DNA of 64,000 nt from an uncultured Pseudomonadales bacterium (GCA_964637295.1 CAZWWE010000002.1:117952-181951); one strand, 5' to 3'. Counted from the first letter of the stretch, positions 37,691-48,067 are shown. Translations and numbers: made by a program. Notes: a model not told the origin generated them from the sequence alone.

Positions 37691-39001
37691 TTAAGGCAAA
37701 ATGGTTTTAGTTAGTTTTTTTATTTTGGTTAAAAAAGTCGTCAATAAATCTTTTGGTAAAAAAGCTCGCCAATCAAAGTCCTCATTGACTGAGCTTACGC
37801 GACCCTGCTCTAGACCATAATTTAATAAGCCCACCGCCACCGCAAAATTTGGCTTTTTGATATCTTCTGTTAAACCCTCAATTTCTTCTGGTTTCGCCAC
37901 TCTAACTGGCAAGTTAGTGACTCTTTTAGCAATTTCAACCAAAGTGCTGGTCATCGCACCACCACCAGTCAAAATCAGCCCGGCCGGGATCTTATTGTTA
38001 GACAAGAGATCTGCTTTTTCCAATTCCTGCATCACTAAACGAAAGATCTCTCTTACCCGTGGCTCCATAATACCGCTTGTTAAAGTTTTTTTAGATAAAA
38101 AATCGTTGTGTACAATACCCACTTTTTCTGGATCTATTAAATCTAATTTTCTTTTTCTTTTGGTAAAATCAGCTTTTGATTCTCCTGGATAAGGCTTAAG
38201 ATCGTCTAAGCCATTATCTGTCAAAAAAAGTTTTAGTTTTTCAGCGTCGTCCATAGCAATGCGACAACCCAAAGCAATGTCTTGCGTAATGTGTTTAGCG
38301 CCAATTGGCAAAACAGCAGAAAATTCGAGTGCGCCATCCACATAAGCGACCATGCTGGTCGTACCCGCTCCCAAATCAATCAAAACTGCTCCCAATTCTT
38401 TTTCTGTTTCACTCAAGGCAATTTGCGAAGCAGCCAGGGCTGAAAAAACAAAGGCATCAACCTTCACTCCCATATCATTGATGCATTTTTCCAAATTTTT
38501 CAAAGCAGTACTGAGTCCAGTAATAATATGCGCTTCTGCCTCTAATCTGACACCAGTCATACCCACTGGATCCTTTACTCCCTCTTGAGAATCAACCTTG
38601 AAATCTTTAGGAATGACGTGAATAATTTCTCGATCGGGAGGCACTGAAACAGCTCGAGCTGCCTCAATCACTCGATCCACATCGCTTTGAATAATTTCTT
38701 GATTACTGGCAGCCACCCCAACCACCCCAGTAGAATTTTTATAACGAATGTGAGTGCCTGAAATAGAAACGATGGCATCTTTGACACTAAATCCTGCCAT
38801 GCGTTCGGCCGCATCTAAACTCTGACTGATCGTGTTTAAGACTTGCTCTAAATCAATAATCATGCTGCGCTTCATCCCTCTTGAAGGCACCACAGCAAAA
38901 CCCAAAACTTGCAATTTCTTGACAGGCAACACTCTAGCAATCAACGTAGTACATTTATCGCTGCCCAAATCAATAGCACTAATAATTTGTTCTTTGCTCA
39001 T
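37691..39001 (-). CDS. ftsA: cell division protein FtsA
   Basis: Actin-fold ATPase. AIDLGSDKCTTLIA (phosphate 1) and DLGAGTT (phosphate 2). Confidence 0.9.
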   Translation of the reverse strand: MSKEQIISAIDLGSDKCTTLIARVLPVKKLQVLGFAVVPSRGMKRSMIIDLEQVLNTISQSLDAAERMAGFSVKDAIVSISGTHIRYKNSTGVVGVAASNQEIIQSDVDRVIEAARAVSVPPDREIIHVIPKDFKVDSQEGVKDPVGMTGVRLEAEAHIITGLSTALKNLEKCINDMGVKVDAFVFSALAASQIALSETEKELGAVLIDLGAGTTSMVAYVDGALEFSAVLPIGAKHITQDIALGCRIAMDDAEKLKLFLTDNGLDDLKPYPGESKADFTKRKRKLDLIDPEKVGIVHNDFLSKKTLTSGIMEPRVREIFRLVMQELEKADLLSNNKIPAGLILTGGGAMTSTLVEIAKRVTNLPVRVAKPEEIEGLTEDIKKPNFAVAVGLLNYGLEQGRVSSVNEDFDWRAFLPKDLLTTFLTKIKKLTKTILP

Positions 39002-39110
39002 AGTTTTACTTCTTACATCATAAACTATACAAAATTTTCAGAATAATGTCTATTGGACTCGCAATAAAATGATGACCTGGATAAGTGAGTTTTGGTTTAT
39101 GATGATGAGC

Positions 39111-39815
39111 TTAAGGTTTGAGCACAGGCAAATTAAATCGCAAGTCTAAAATCTTTTTATCAATAATGAGTTCGCGTGATTCCTTATCAGATAAAATCAG
39201 AGCCAGACGGTGCATTTGTTCACTAAAATCTCGCGTATTATCCAAAATCACCACTGTGGTGCCGATTTCTTTACTCAAGTAAAGCTCTATGTTGGCATCA
39301 TTCTGCCAAATAATGTCAGTGACGAAAAGCTTTTCTTGATTAATGGCTTGGCTTAATTTTAAAAATTGTTGATGATAGCTTTCCATCAAATAACCTTGTT
39401 CCACAATTTGCGCTTCACCCATAAACTTGATCGTTGGCAACACTAAATGCTCTTGATCATTTTTGAGTTGATTGCTTTGATTTAACAAATAGCGTTGATC
39501 ACCGATCAACAATCGATAATCTGGCAATTTACTAATCAAATAAAGTTTGCTCCGACCGACAATCGCTTTGTCTATTTTTTGATATTGATAGACTTGATTA
39601 AACTGCTGATTAGCAAGTAATTGCTCCCAAATGGGTTCGTTTTCAAAATCTGTAAAAAATAAAGATCTACCTGAAAAATAATCATTAATCATCTCGCAAA
39701 CCCCTGTTTCCAAATGATAGTTCTCTGAAATACATTCAATTTGACGAACAACGAATAGAAAACGAAACAATATAAATAATCCCAAGAAATAAATTAAAAA
39801 TTTTAATTTTTGCAC
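39111..39815 (-). CDS. FtsQ/DivIB-like bitopic protein (assigned by position)
   Basis: N-terminal TM helix plus a ~200-aa periplasmic region, located between murG and ftsA. No strong sequence motif is recognised. Confidence 0.4.
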   Translation of the reverse strand: MQKLKFLIYFLGLFILFRFLFVVRQIECISENYHLETGVCEMINDYFSGRSLFFTDFENEPIWEQLLANQQFNQVYQYQKIDKAIVGRSKLYLISKLPDYRLLIGDQRYLLNQSNQLKNDQEHLVLPTIKFMGEAQIVEQGYLMESYHQQFLKLSQAINQEKLFVTDIIWQNDANIELYLSKEIGTTVVILDNTRDFSEQMHRLALILSDKESRELIIDKKILDLRFNLPVLKP

Positions 39816-39828
39816 AAATTATCTTTTA

Positions 39829-40956
39829 TTACTGATGTTTGGCTCGCGCCACGTCCATTAACACTTGATAGAGTTTGGCGCTCGCATTCTGATAAAGTTG
39901 CTGTTTGGCTAAAGCTAGGCGCATCTGACGATAGTTTTTATCTAAATAAGCTAAACTATCTAAAAAAGTATCGTTAGTTAATTTTGCTTGCTGCAAAATT
40001 AAGGCGCCGTTGAGTTGCTGCATAGCCTGAGCATTAGCCAATTGTTCGTTTTGCTTGGCACAAGGCAAAGGAATTAAAATTGCTGGCAAAGGCGCTAAGG
40101 ATAGTTCTAAAACTGCGTTGGCTCCAGATCTTGAAATGGCAAATTGAGCGTGTTGATAGAGCCAAAACAGATCTTCCTCTTCAATCCATTCTTGAACAAA
40201 ATATTGATTTTGCAAAGCTTTGGGTAGTTGTTGTTTGAGAGCACTTAGTTCTTGATAAGAATCTTTAATTTTATTAGCCCGACCACATTGGTGCACTATA
40301 CAATATTTTTCAAGAAGAGTGGGTAAATTTGCTTTGATCAAATCATTGATCGCAAAAGAACCTTGATTGCCACCCATTACTAAGATCAAGTTCTTGCAAG
40401 TTACTGGCAACCACTTGGGTCTAGCTAAATTTTTAGCAAAAATTTTGCTACGCACAGGGTTACCAGTTAAAATTAAATCTTTTCGCCTTGAATATTTCCT
40501 CGTTGCTTCATGGGAAATAGCTACTTTGTCAGCTAAAGCAGCGATAAATTGATTGGCTTTACCCATCATCACGGTTTGCTCGTGAGTCACCACCGGAATT
40601 TTTAAATTTTTAGCAGCAATCGCGAAGGGAACAGCCAAATAAGAACCAAAGGATAAAAATAGTTCAATTTTTTCACGCAATAAAATTTGTTTCGCTAAGG
40701 CCACTGTACGTGGGAAAGAGCAAAAAGAGTTAAAGCGACTCCAAAAAGAAGTATTGGTAAATTTGCTCGCCGCAAAAGGAATAAACTTAATTCCTCTTTT
40801 TTCAACCTCTGTTTTTTCTATAGCTTTTTGATTTAAAGTTTCTTGACTATAAAGCCGACCTACAAAAACTAGCTGATGCTCTGGATGATTTTGTTGAATG
40901 AAATCAATCATTGCTAAAGCTGGAGTAAGATGAGCACCGCTTAATAAGATTCGCAT
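39829..40956 (-). CDS. murG: UDP-GlcNAc:lipid I N-acetylglucosaminyltransferase MurG
   Basis: GT28 N-terminal LLSGAHLTPALAMID (variant of the GGTGGH..PAL motif). GT-B fold. Position in the dcw cluster fits. Confidence 0.7.
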   Translation of the reverse strand: MRILLSGAHLTPALAMIDFIQQNHPEHQLVFVGRLYSQETLNQKAIEKTEVEKRGIKFIPFAASKFTNTSFWSRFNSFCSFPRTVALAKQILLREKIELFLSFGSYLAVPFAIAAKNLKIPVVTHEQTVMMGKANQFIAALADKVAISHEATRKYSRRKDLILTGNPVRSKIFAKNLARPKWLPVTCKNLILVMGGNQGSFAINDLIKANLPTLLEKYCIVHQCGRANKIKDSYQELSALKQQLPKALQNQYFVQEWIEEEDLFWLYQHAQFAISRSGANAVLELSLAPLPAILIPLPCAKQNEQLANAQAMQQLNGALILQQAKLTNDTFLDSLAYLDKNYRQMRLALAKQQLYQNASAKLYQVLMDVARAKHQ

Positions 40957-40966
40957 ATTTTGACAA

Positions 40967-42073
40967 TTATTTTTTATTTTTTAGTTTAGCATGGCGAGCG
41001 ATGGAGAGCAAAATCCCACTAGCAAAAAAAGAAATCAGCAAAGCTGAACCACCTTGAGAAAAAAATGGTAAAGGCATACCACTTAGAGGCAACAAGACCA
41101 CCACGGCGGCAAGATTAAACAATAATTGAACAGCAATCCAGGCTAAAATGCCATAATATAAAAGATGCTCATAGGCACTCAATTCTTGATTTTTAATCAT
41201 TAGATTGGCCACTAGAAAATAAAGCGCAAAAAGCATAATGATCGACAAAGCACCCACGAAGCCAATCTCTTCCGCCACAATAGCAAAAATTGAATCACTG
41301 CTCGCTTCTGGCACATAGGAGTATTTTTGTTGGGAGTTGCCGATCCCTCTGCCAAACCAAGAACCACTGCCCAAGGCAAGAGTAATTTGGTGCACATGAT
41401 AAGCGTCACCCAAGGTGTTTTGGCCAGGTGTTAAAAAAGTGATCAATCTTTCTCGACGATACGGACTCAATAAAACCACTAGCAAGGCCAAACAAAAACC
41501 AACGCTGAATAAAATACTCAAAACCTTCATACGGCCACCTGCTAAAAAATATAAGATAAAACTGCTGGCGATTAAAATCATTAAAGAACCAAAGTCGGGT
41601 TGTAAAAGAATAAGCAAAGTCGGCCAAAATAGAAAAAATAAAAAACTACTTAAATCTAGTTTTTTGGCCAGTAAATAAGCATAAAAATTGATCAAGACAA
41701 ATTTAAAAAATTCCACTGGTTGCAAAGTCCCGAAGGGCAAGCTCAGCCAACGTCTCGCTCCATTTAATTTCATACCCACACCAGGAATTAAAGTTAAAAT
41801 TAATAAAAAAAGGCTAAAAATATATAAGTGGAAGGCATATTGGTGATAGTACTTAACTGGCAAATGACTAGAGATTACAAAAACAATCATCGCCAAACTC
41901 AACCACATGGCCTGTTGCTTGAAAAAATGATATTGATGACCAAATAATTTAAAACTTTCCACAGTTGAAGCTTCAAAAACAAAAAATAAACCTAGTAAAG
42001 AAATTAAAATCACTAAACTAAAAAAAAATTTGGCTGTTGATGTCATGACTGTGTTTTTTGATTTTTTAAACAA
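40967..42073 (-). CDS. ftsW: SEDS-family lipid II polymerase FtsW
   Basis: 10-TM SEDS protein with PDFGS and C-terminal conserved motifs. Lies between mraY and murG. Confidence 0.8.
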   Translation of the reverse strand: MFKKSKNTVMTSTAKFFFSLVILISLLGLFFVFEASTVESFKLFGHQYHFFKQQAMWLSLAMIVFVISSHLPVKYYHQYAFHLYIFSLFLLILTLIPGVGMKLNGARRWLSLPFGTLQPVEFFKFVLINFYAYLLAKKLDLSSFLFFLFWPTLLILLQPDFGSLMILIASSFILYFLAGGRMKVLSILFSVGFCLALLVVLLSPYRRERLITFLTPGQNTLGDAYHVHQITLALGSGSWFGRGIGNSQQKYSYVPEASSDSIFAIVAEEIGFVGALSIIMLFALYFLVANLMIKNQELSAYEHLLYYGILAWIAVQLLFNLAAVVVLLPLSGMPLPFFSQGGSALLISFFASGILLSIARHAKLKNKK

Positions 42074-42077
42074 TGAT

Positions 42078-43121
42078 TTAGAGCACTGCCAACCAAACTC
42101 CGAAAATAGTCAGCATGATTTGTAACAACCAAGCTCGTTGCACAATTTTAGGTTCTTCCCAACCTTTTTCTTGAAAAGTTAAATGCAAAGGAGCAGCTGG
42201 CAAAACTTTTTTCTTAAAATATTTTTTAGCAAGCAATTGCAATAAAGAACTGGTAATCTCTGCCACAAAAATAAAACCAATAATTAACAGAGCAAAGACT
42301 TTACCCAAAAGCAAACCAACAACCGCCAAAGTAGCTCCAAAAGCTAAAGAACCGACATCGCCCATAAAAATTCTGGCTGGAAAAACATTGAAGTATAAAA
42401 AAGAAATTAAAGCTCCCAGCCATAAAGCCAAAAAAACCGAGAGCGGCACGTCTAAAATCGTGGAAGAAAGAATCCACAAGCCAAATAATGAAAACAATAA
42501 TAGGCCCGAAGCTAGGCCATCTAGGCCATCAGTAATATTCACTGCATTAGCAAAAGCAACAATGACGAAAGTAGCAAAAGGAATGTAAAAATAACCGAGT
42601 TGTAGAGTACCAATAAAAGGAATATATAAAATATCGATTTCTAATTGGAAGTGCAGCATGCAAGCAATCATCAGGGCTAAAATCAGTTGCAATAATAATT
42701 TTTGTCTCATTCGCAAACCAAAAAACTTACTGTCGCTAAAGTGAAAAAATTTTTTAATATCATCATAAAGACCCAAAATGGCAAAGGATAAAAAAGTAAA
42801 AAATAAAATATTTACTTCTGCTTGACTATGATGATAAATGCTGGTGATATCAATGCCAAAATAATTAAGTACGGGAATCATCAGGGCAAATAATAAAGAG
42901 ACCATCATCACCACCAATAGACCGCCTCCCACTGGCACACCAGCTTTATTGGCATGAAATTTGTCAAAAATAGGCGTACGTTGACCAAAAGCATCTAGAG
43001 TTTTTTGTTTTTGACGACGAAATCGCAATTTATAAAGTAGATTAATAAATGGTACCACCGCGCTACTAGTCAAAGTAAAAGAAAAAATTAAAATCCCTAA
43101 AAAAAGCGCTAGTGATCCCAT
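42078..43121 (-). CDS. mraY: phospho-N-acetylmuramoyl-pentapeptide transferase MraY
   Basis: NAVNITDGLDGLASG and other MraY/WecA-family motifs. Confidence 0.9.
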   Translation of the reverse strand: MGSLALFLGILIFSFTLTSSAVVPFINLLYKLRFRRQKQKTLDAFGQRTPIFDKFHANKAGVPVGGGLLVVMMVSLLFALMIPVLNYFGIDITSIYHHSQAEVNILFFTFLSFAILGLYDDIKKFFHFSDSKFFGLRMRQKLLLQLILALMIACMLHFQLEIDILYIPFIGTLQLGYFYIPFATFVIVAFANAVNITDGLDGLASGLLLFSLFGLWILSSTILDVPLSVFLALWLGALISFLYFNVFPARIFMGDVGSLAFGATLAVVGLLLGKVFALLIIGFIFVAEITSSLLQLLAKKYFKKKVLPAAPLHLTFQEKGWEEPKIVQRAWLLQIMLTIFGVWLAVL

Positions 43122-44443
43122 GCTTTCCTTTCAATTTTGGCTCCCATTAAAATTAATTTTTCATCAATTTTCTGATAACCACGCTCAACCTGCTCTATAT
43201 TGTGTAAAATCGTTTGACCATGGGCGCTGATGGCTGCCAATAAAATTGTTGCTCCAGCTCGCAAATCATGAATAGTAAATTCACCACCTTGAAAATTGGT
43301 TGGTCCAAAAATTTTAATTGCGTGACGATCACTTGATTGATGATCCTGCCAATTAAAATTATAAAGTACCTCAGGATTTTTGACGCTTGGATTGAAATAT
43401 TCAATTTTGGCTCCCATCTTTTGCAAGTCTTCTACATACTGAAAACGATTTTGCATCACCGTTTCATGAATAATACTCTCTCCATGAGCTTGGCAGAGTA
43501 GAGTAGCAAAAAGAGGCTGCCAATCAGTCATGAAGCCAGGATGAATTTCGGTTTCAATATCGGTGGCTTGCAGCTCACCTTTATAAAAAAAGCGAATGCC
43601 ATAATCACCAATTTCATAACCAGCACCAATTTCATCAAGTTTATCTAAAAAAGCTCGCAAGTCTTGATGCCTGGCATTTTCCAAAACAATGTCTCCTCGA
43701 CTAGCAATTGCTGCACAAGCATAACTAACTGCTTCATTGCGATCTGGCATAATTTTGTGAATCGCTCCATCAAGCTTTTCTACACCATCAATTTCAATTC
43801 GGCGAAAAGAACGACGACGAATTTTGGCGCCCATTTGATTTAAAAAACTAATTAAATCATCAATCTCTGGCTCAGTAGCAGCATTTTCTAAAATAGTTTT
43901 ACCCTTGGCCAAAACAGCGGCCATAATCAAAGTTTCCGTACCAGTATGAGTGTTTTTTTCAAAACGATAATGACAAGCCTTAAGTTGAGTACAGCTCGCT
44001 TTTAAAACGCCATTTTCTTGAACAAATTTAACCCCCATGAGCTCAAGACCCATCATGTGTCTTTCTAAAGGACGCTTGCCAATCTTATCACCTCCTGGCA
44101 AGGGCACTTCGGCGTGACCAAATTTGGCCAATAAAGCTGGAATAAACAAAGTTGAAGCTCGCGATTGTTCTCCGTGTCGAGCAGAAATTTCTGCAAAACG
44201 AAAATTACGCGGATTAATAATGTAAGTCCCTTCGCCAACTTGTTTAGCCTGAGCTCCCAATTCATTAATGATTTTGGCCACCAAATCTACATCAGAAATA
44301 TCTGGCAAATTCAGCAGGCGACTTTCTGCGTTGCCCAGCAAGGCAGCAATCATCAATTTGTAAGAAGCATTCTTGGCTCCCCCGACTCGCACCGAACCAT
44401 AAAGTGGAGTGCCTCCAGTAACGATAAAGCTGGCTTTAGACAT
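43109..44443 (-). CDS. murA: UDP-N-acetylglucosamine 1-carboxyvinyltransferase MurA
   Basis: VRVGGAKNASYKLMIAALLG...LPDISDV and active-site loop region. Length 444 aa. Confidence 0.9.
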   Translation of the reverse strand: MSKASFIVTGGTPLYGSVRVGGAKNASYKLMIAALLGNAESRLLNLPDISDVDLVAKIINELGAQAKQVGEGTYIINPRNFRFAEISARHGEQSRASTLFIPALLAKFGHAEVPLPGGDKIGKRPLERHMMGLELMGVKFVQENGVLKASCTQLKACHYRFEKNTHTGTETLIMAAVLAKGKTILENAATEPEIDDLISFLNQMGAKIRRRSFRRIEIDGVEKLDGAIHKIMPDRNEAVSYACAAIASRGDIVLENARHQDLRAFLDKLDEIGAGYEIGDYGIRFFYKGELQATDIETEIHPGFMTDWQPLFATLLCQAHGESIIHETVMQNRFQYVEDLQKMGAKIEYFNPSVKNPEVLYNFNWQDHQSSDRHAIKIFGPTNFQGGEFTIHDLRAGATILLAAISAHGQTILHNIEQVERGYQKIDEKLILMGAKIERKAWDH

Positions 44444-44486
44444 AAAATAACCTCAAAAATTAACTTATATTAAAATTTGTATTTTT

Positions 44487-45509
44487 TTAAGTTAAATAAA
44501 AAACTTCTTCTTTAAGCATAACATCAAATTTTTCGAAAACCACTCTTTTGACTTTGGCAATTAATTTTTTAACATCGCTGGCCTTACCTTGACCCAAGTT
44601 AACAAAAAAAGCAGCATGCTTTTCACTTACTTGAATATCACCTTCACGCACACCTTTTAAGCCGGCTTGCTCAATTAAAAATCCAGAGGGGATAAATTCT
44701 TTTTGCTGAAATTGAGGAAACAATTCTTTCAGTTTGGCGGTGTTTTTGGGGTTTTGAAAAACACAACCACAACTAGGCAAATCTAAAGGCTGTCTACTTT
44801 GACGACGTTCAATCGAAGCTTGTAGCGCTTGCTGAATTAACTCTGGATCGTCTTTTTTTAAAGCAAAAGTTGCGGAAAATATTAAAAGCAGAGGATTGTT
44901 TTGAAAAATTGATTGCTCATAGGCAAATTGACATTTTTCATGTGAAAAATGCACAATTTCATTTTTTTTCACGTCAAAAACCTCAACCATTTGGATATGA
45001 TCACCAATTAAACTATCTAAATAATGAGCATTATTATAAATCGCACCACCCAAGGTTCCCGGCACCCCAATGAAACCCTCCAAACCACTGCCTCCAAGCT
45101 GAGCAGCTTTGGCAACTAGTTGGGCAGTTTTAATGCCTGCTTCAGCTCTTAAAATTAACAAATCTTCTCGATCTTCTAAAACTTCAAAATTTTTCATTTC
45201 TAAACTTAAAACCAAACCCTTTAGCCCCTCATCAGCCACAATGACATTGCTTGCTCCACCTAAAATATGAAAGGGAATTTCTTGCTTTACACAAAAAGTT
45301 AATAAAGAGCTGGCTTCTTCTCGATTGCGAGCACTATAGAAAACTTCGGCTTGACCTCCAATTTTAAAATAACTTTTTAAGGCCAAAGGATAATTAAATT
45401 GAAAAGCTAAATTTGGAAAATTTTGAGTCAAAAGTTGTTTTAAATTCATAAGCCTTTTCATTTTATCATGAGCCATAAATAAGGAAGGGTAGTTTATAAT
45501 CAAGTCCAA
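44487..45509 (-). CDS. murB: UDP-N-acetylenolpyruvoylglucosamine reductase MurB
   Basis: FAD-binding FKIGG..., GGASNVIV. The start is uncertain: the track start overlaps the truB start, and an internal Met (MNLKQ..) near 45449 is more plausible. Confidence 0.8.
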   Translation of the reverse strand: MDLIINYPSLFMAHDKMKRLMNLKQLLTQNFPNLAFQFNYPLALKSYFKIGGQAEVFYSARNREEASSLLTFCVKQEIPFHILGGASNVIVADEGLKGLVLSLEMKNFEVLEDREDLLILRAEAGIKTAQLVAKAAQLGGSGLEGFIGVPGTLGGAIYNNAHYLDSLIGDHIQMVEVFDVKKNEIVHFSHEKCQFAYEQSIFQNNPLLLIFSATFALKKDDPELIQQALQASIERRQSRQPLDLPSCGCVFQNPKNTAKLKELFPQFQQKEFIPSGFLIEQAGLKGVREGDIQVSEKHAAFFVNLGQGKASDVKKLIAKVKRVVFEKFDVMLKEEVFYLT

Positions 45510-46261
45510 TGCAATTAAAGTCTGAACTAATCATTGAACCTGGAATGTATTTGCTTGATAAGCCCAGTGGGCCAAGTAGCCATGACTTAGTTAATTATTT
45601 TCGCAGAAAAAGTGGCATTAAAAAAGTTGGCCATGCTGGGACGCTGGATCCTCTCGCTTCTGGTTTGTTAATTATCTTGGTGGGTAAAGCATTTACTAAA
45701 CAACAAAATCTCTATTTGAAACAAGATAAAGAATATTTAGTCACTCTGGAATTTGGTTTAACTACTGATACCTATGATCAGTGGGGAAACATTATGAGTC
45801 AAGTTAGCTGGGAAAAGCTTCAACAATTAAAAAAAACAGAAGTTTTACAAGCTCTCAATTTTTTTCGGGGAAAAATTAAGCAAACTGTGCCCATTTTTTC
45901 TGCGGTCAAAATTAAGGGAGAAAAACTTTATCAAAAAGCGAGAAGAGGGGAAAAAGTTGTTTTGCCTAGTCGTATAGTGGAAATTTACAAACTTGAATTA
46001 ACAGCTTTTAATCAAGATCAAATCAAGAAAAGTATTACTAGTACTCTACTGATTAATTGCAGTAGTGGTACATATATCAGATCATTAGTTCACGATTTAG
46101 GGCAACACTTAAAAGTGGGCGCGCGAGTGATTGCTTTGAGACGTCAAAAAATCGGTACTTATGACGTCAAAAATAGTCTTAAAATGGACTGGGATAATCA
46201 GCCTTATGAATTGCCCCGATGGTCGCGGGTGGCCAATAGCGAAAAAAGACTCGACCAATAA
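45509..46261 (+). CDS. truB: tRNA pseudouridine(55) synthase TruB
   Basis: LDKPSGPSSHDLV...GHAGTLDPLASGLL (catalytic Asp). The real start is likely the internal Met near 45545. The 3' end overlaps lepB on the opposite strand. Confidence 0.85.
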   Translation: MQLKSELIIEPGMYLLDKPSGPSSHDLVNYFRRKSGIKKVGHAGTLDPLASGLLIILVGKAFTKQQNLYLKQDKEYLVTLEFGLTTDTYDQWGNIMSQVSWEKLQQLKKTEVLQALNFFRGKIKQTVPIFSAVKIKGEKLYQKARRGEKVVLPSRIVEIYKLELTAFNQDQIKKSITSTLLINCSSGTYIRSLVHDLGQHLKVGARVIALRRQKIGTYDVKNSLKMDWDNQPYELPRWSRVANSEKRLDQ

Positions 46262-46766
46262 TTTCATCTTTAGTAATTGCTCCCCAAGCTCGAGAATCGC
46301 TTGAATAGGGACGATTGTCACCAGAGACAAAATACTCATTAGGACCTAAATAAACACTTTTATTTTTAGTCGCGTTGCCTGGCAAAATAGCAAAGTCGCT
46401 AGGAATATAGGGTTCTGGAAGTTTGCCACCATTAACCCAGATTGCATTGTCTTTAACTTCCACACTGTCGCCTGGCACCGCCAAAATTCTTTTAATAAAA
46501 TCGCAGCCTGTGCCTTCTGGACAATGAGCACTCGGCGGAGCATGAAAGACTACAATTTCACCTCGTTTAGGATCTCTCATTTTATAAGAAATTTTATCAG
46601 TTAAAACATGCTCTCCATCTTGAAAATTGGGCACCATTGACTGGCCATTGACCTGATGGGGTTGTAAAAAAAACAAATAGATCACCAAAAAAATTGAAAA
46701 AGAGATCGCCATGGTTTCAATAATATCTAAGAAAGTCGCACCAATTTTTTGAAAAATATTTTGCAC
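46179..46766 (-). CDS. lepB: signal peptidase I
   Basis: The S26 box B SMVPN has the catalytic Ser. Further S26 boxes are recognisable, including the C-terminal RYWP. N-terminal TM. Confidence 0.85.
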   Translation of the reverse strand: MQNIFQKIGATFLDIIETMAISFSIFLVIYLFFLQPHQVNGQSMVPNFQDGEHVLTDKISYKMRDPKRGEIVVFHAPPSAHCPEGTGCDFIKRILAVPGDSVEVKDNAIWVNGGKLPEPYIPSDFAILPGNATKNKSVYLGPNEYFVSGDNRPYSSDSRAWGAITKDEIIGRVFFRYWPPATIGAIHKADYPSPF

Positions 46767-46796
46767 AAAGGCAATATACTACTTCATTAAGGACCC

Positions 46797-48056
46797 TTGC
46801 AAGCCTCAGCTCTTTTAGCCTACAATAGAGGAGTGCACTACCAAAAGTACGCCATTCTTGGTTTTAGTTGGCAAACCATTCAAAAAATTTTACTCACTGG
46901 CCTGAGTTTGTTGAAAATTTTCATCTTGGCCAGATTACTTAGTCCAGAACAGTTTGGTATTTTCTCGCTAGTAATGATTACTCTGGGCGTAACAGAAAGT
47001 TTAACTCAAACTGGTATTAACACCACTATTTTACAAGCCAAACAGTCTGTGACCTATTTTTTGGATACCGCCTTCGTAATTGCTATCATTCGAGGTTTTG
47101 CCATTGCTTCGCTGATGATTCTTGGTGGCTACATCATGAGTAATTATTATCAGCAAAGCGAATTGTTGCCAATGATCGCCGTCGCTTCTTTAGTCCCCAT
47201 TATTAAGGGCTTTATTAATCCAGCCATAGTGAGTTGGCAAAAAAATTTAGTTTTTGCCAAAGATAGCTTTTACACTTTATTGCGCTCCAGCATCGAAATT
47301 TTTGCACAAATTATTTTGGCTTATTTACTGCATTCCAGTTGGGCTCTGGTGTTAGGCGTGATCGTCGGCGCAGTTTTTGAAGTTGCTCTCTCTTTTATCA
47401 TGCTCAAAGAGAGACCGATTTTTCGTTTAGTAAAAAGTCGTGCTCAAATCATTCTACAAAATGGCAAGTGGCTGAGTCTCAGCAGTCTCTTAAATTATTT
47501 AAATGATAACGTCGATGATTTTCTACTCGGTAAAATTCTCGGTATTCACCAATTAGGCATCTATCACAATGCTTATGCCATGAGTCATAAAGCCAATTAT
47601 GAATTGTCCAAATCTGCTTATCACGGCATTTTGCCAATTTTTAGTAAAATTATTCAAAACCAAGAAATACAGCGACTTAAAAGAGCTTTCTACAAATCCT
47701 TTTTTTCAACTTTATTGATCGTCAGTTTGCTTTCTATCCCATTGATTTTCTTTCCCAAAATATTGGTGGAGCTATTTCTTGGCGCGCAGTGGCTAGAAGT
47801 CACACAAATTTTAGCAGCGCTCACTCTAGCTGGCTTAGTGCAAACCATGGCCAATCTTTGTTATGCCCTAATTATTGCTCGCAAAAAATATTTATATTTG
47901 AATACTCACATGTTTGTTAGTCTTTTCTTAACTATTAGCGGCATGCTTATTTTTGCACCTAGCCATGGTTTAGTTGGTGCAGTTAATGCTTTATTTTTAG
48001 CCCGTTTTCTGGCCCTACCAATTGTCTTTTTTGGTGCAAAAAAAAGCTTGTCATAA
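46797..48056 (+). CDS. Wzx-like polysaccharide/oligosaccharide flippase (MOP superfamily)
   Basis: About 12 TM helices. N-terminal region LLSPEQFGIFSLVMITLGVTESLTQTGI, typical of the 'polysaccharide biosynthesis protein' family. Confidence 0.6.
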   Translation: MQASALLAYNRGVHYQKYAILGFSWQTIQKILLTGLSLLKIFILARLLSPEQFGIFSLVMITLGVTESLTQTGINTTILQAKQSVTYFLDTAFVIAIIRGFAIASLMILGGYIMSNYYQQSELLPMIAVASLVPIIKGFINPAIVSWQKNLVFAKDSFYTLLRSSIEIFAQIILAYLLHSSWALVLGVIVGAVFEVALSFIMLKERPIFRLVKSRAQIILQNGKWLSLSSLLNYLNDNVDDFLLGKILGIHQLGIYHNAYAMSHKANYELSKSAYHGILPIFSKIIQNQEIQRLKRAFYKSFFSTLLIVSLLSIPLIFFPKILVELFLGAQWLEVTQILAALTLAGLVQTMANLCYALIIARKKYLYLNTHMFVSLFLTISGMLIFAPSHGLVGAVNALFLARFLALPIVFFGAKKSLS

Positions 48057-48067
48057 CTGTCAAAAAT

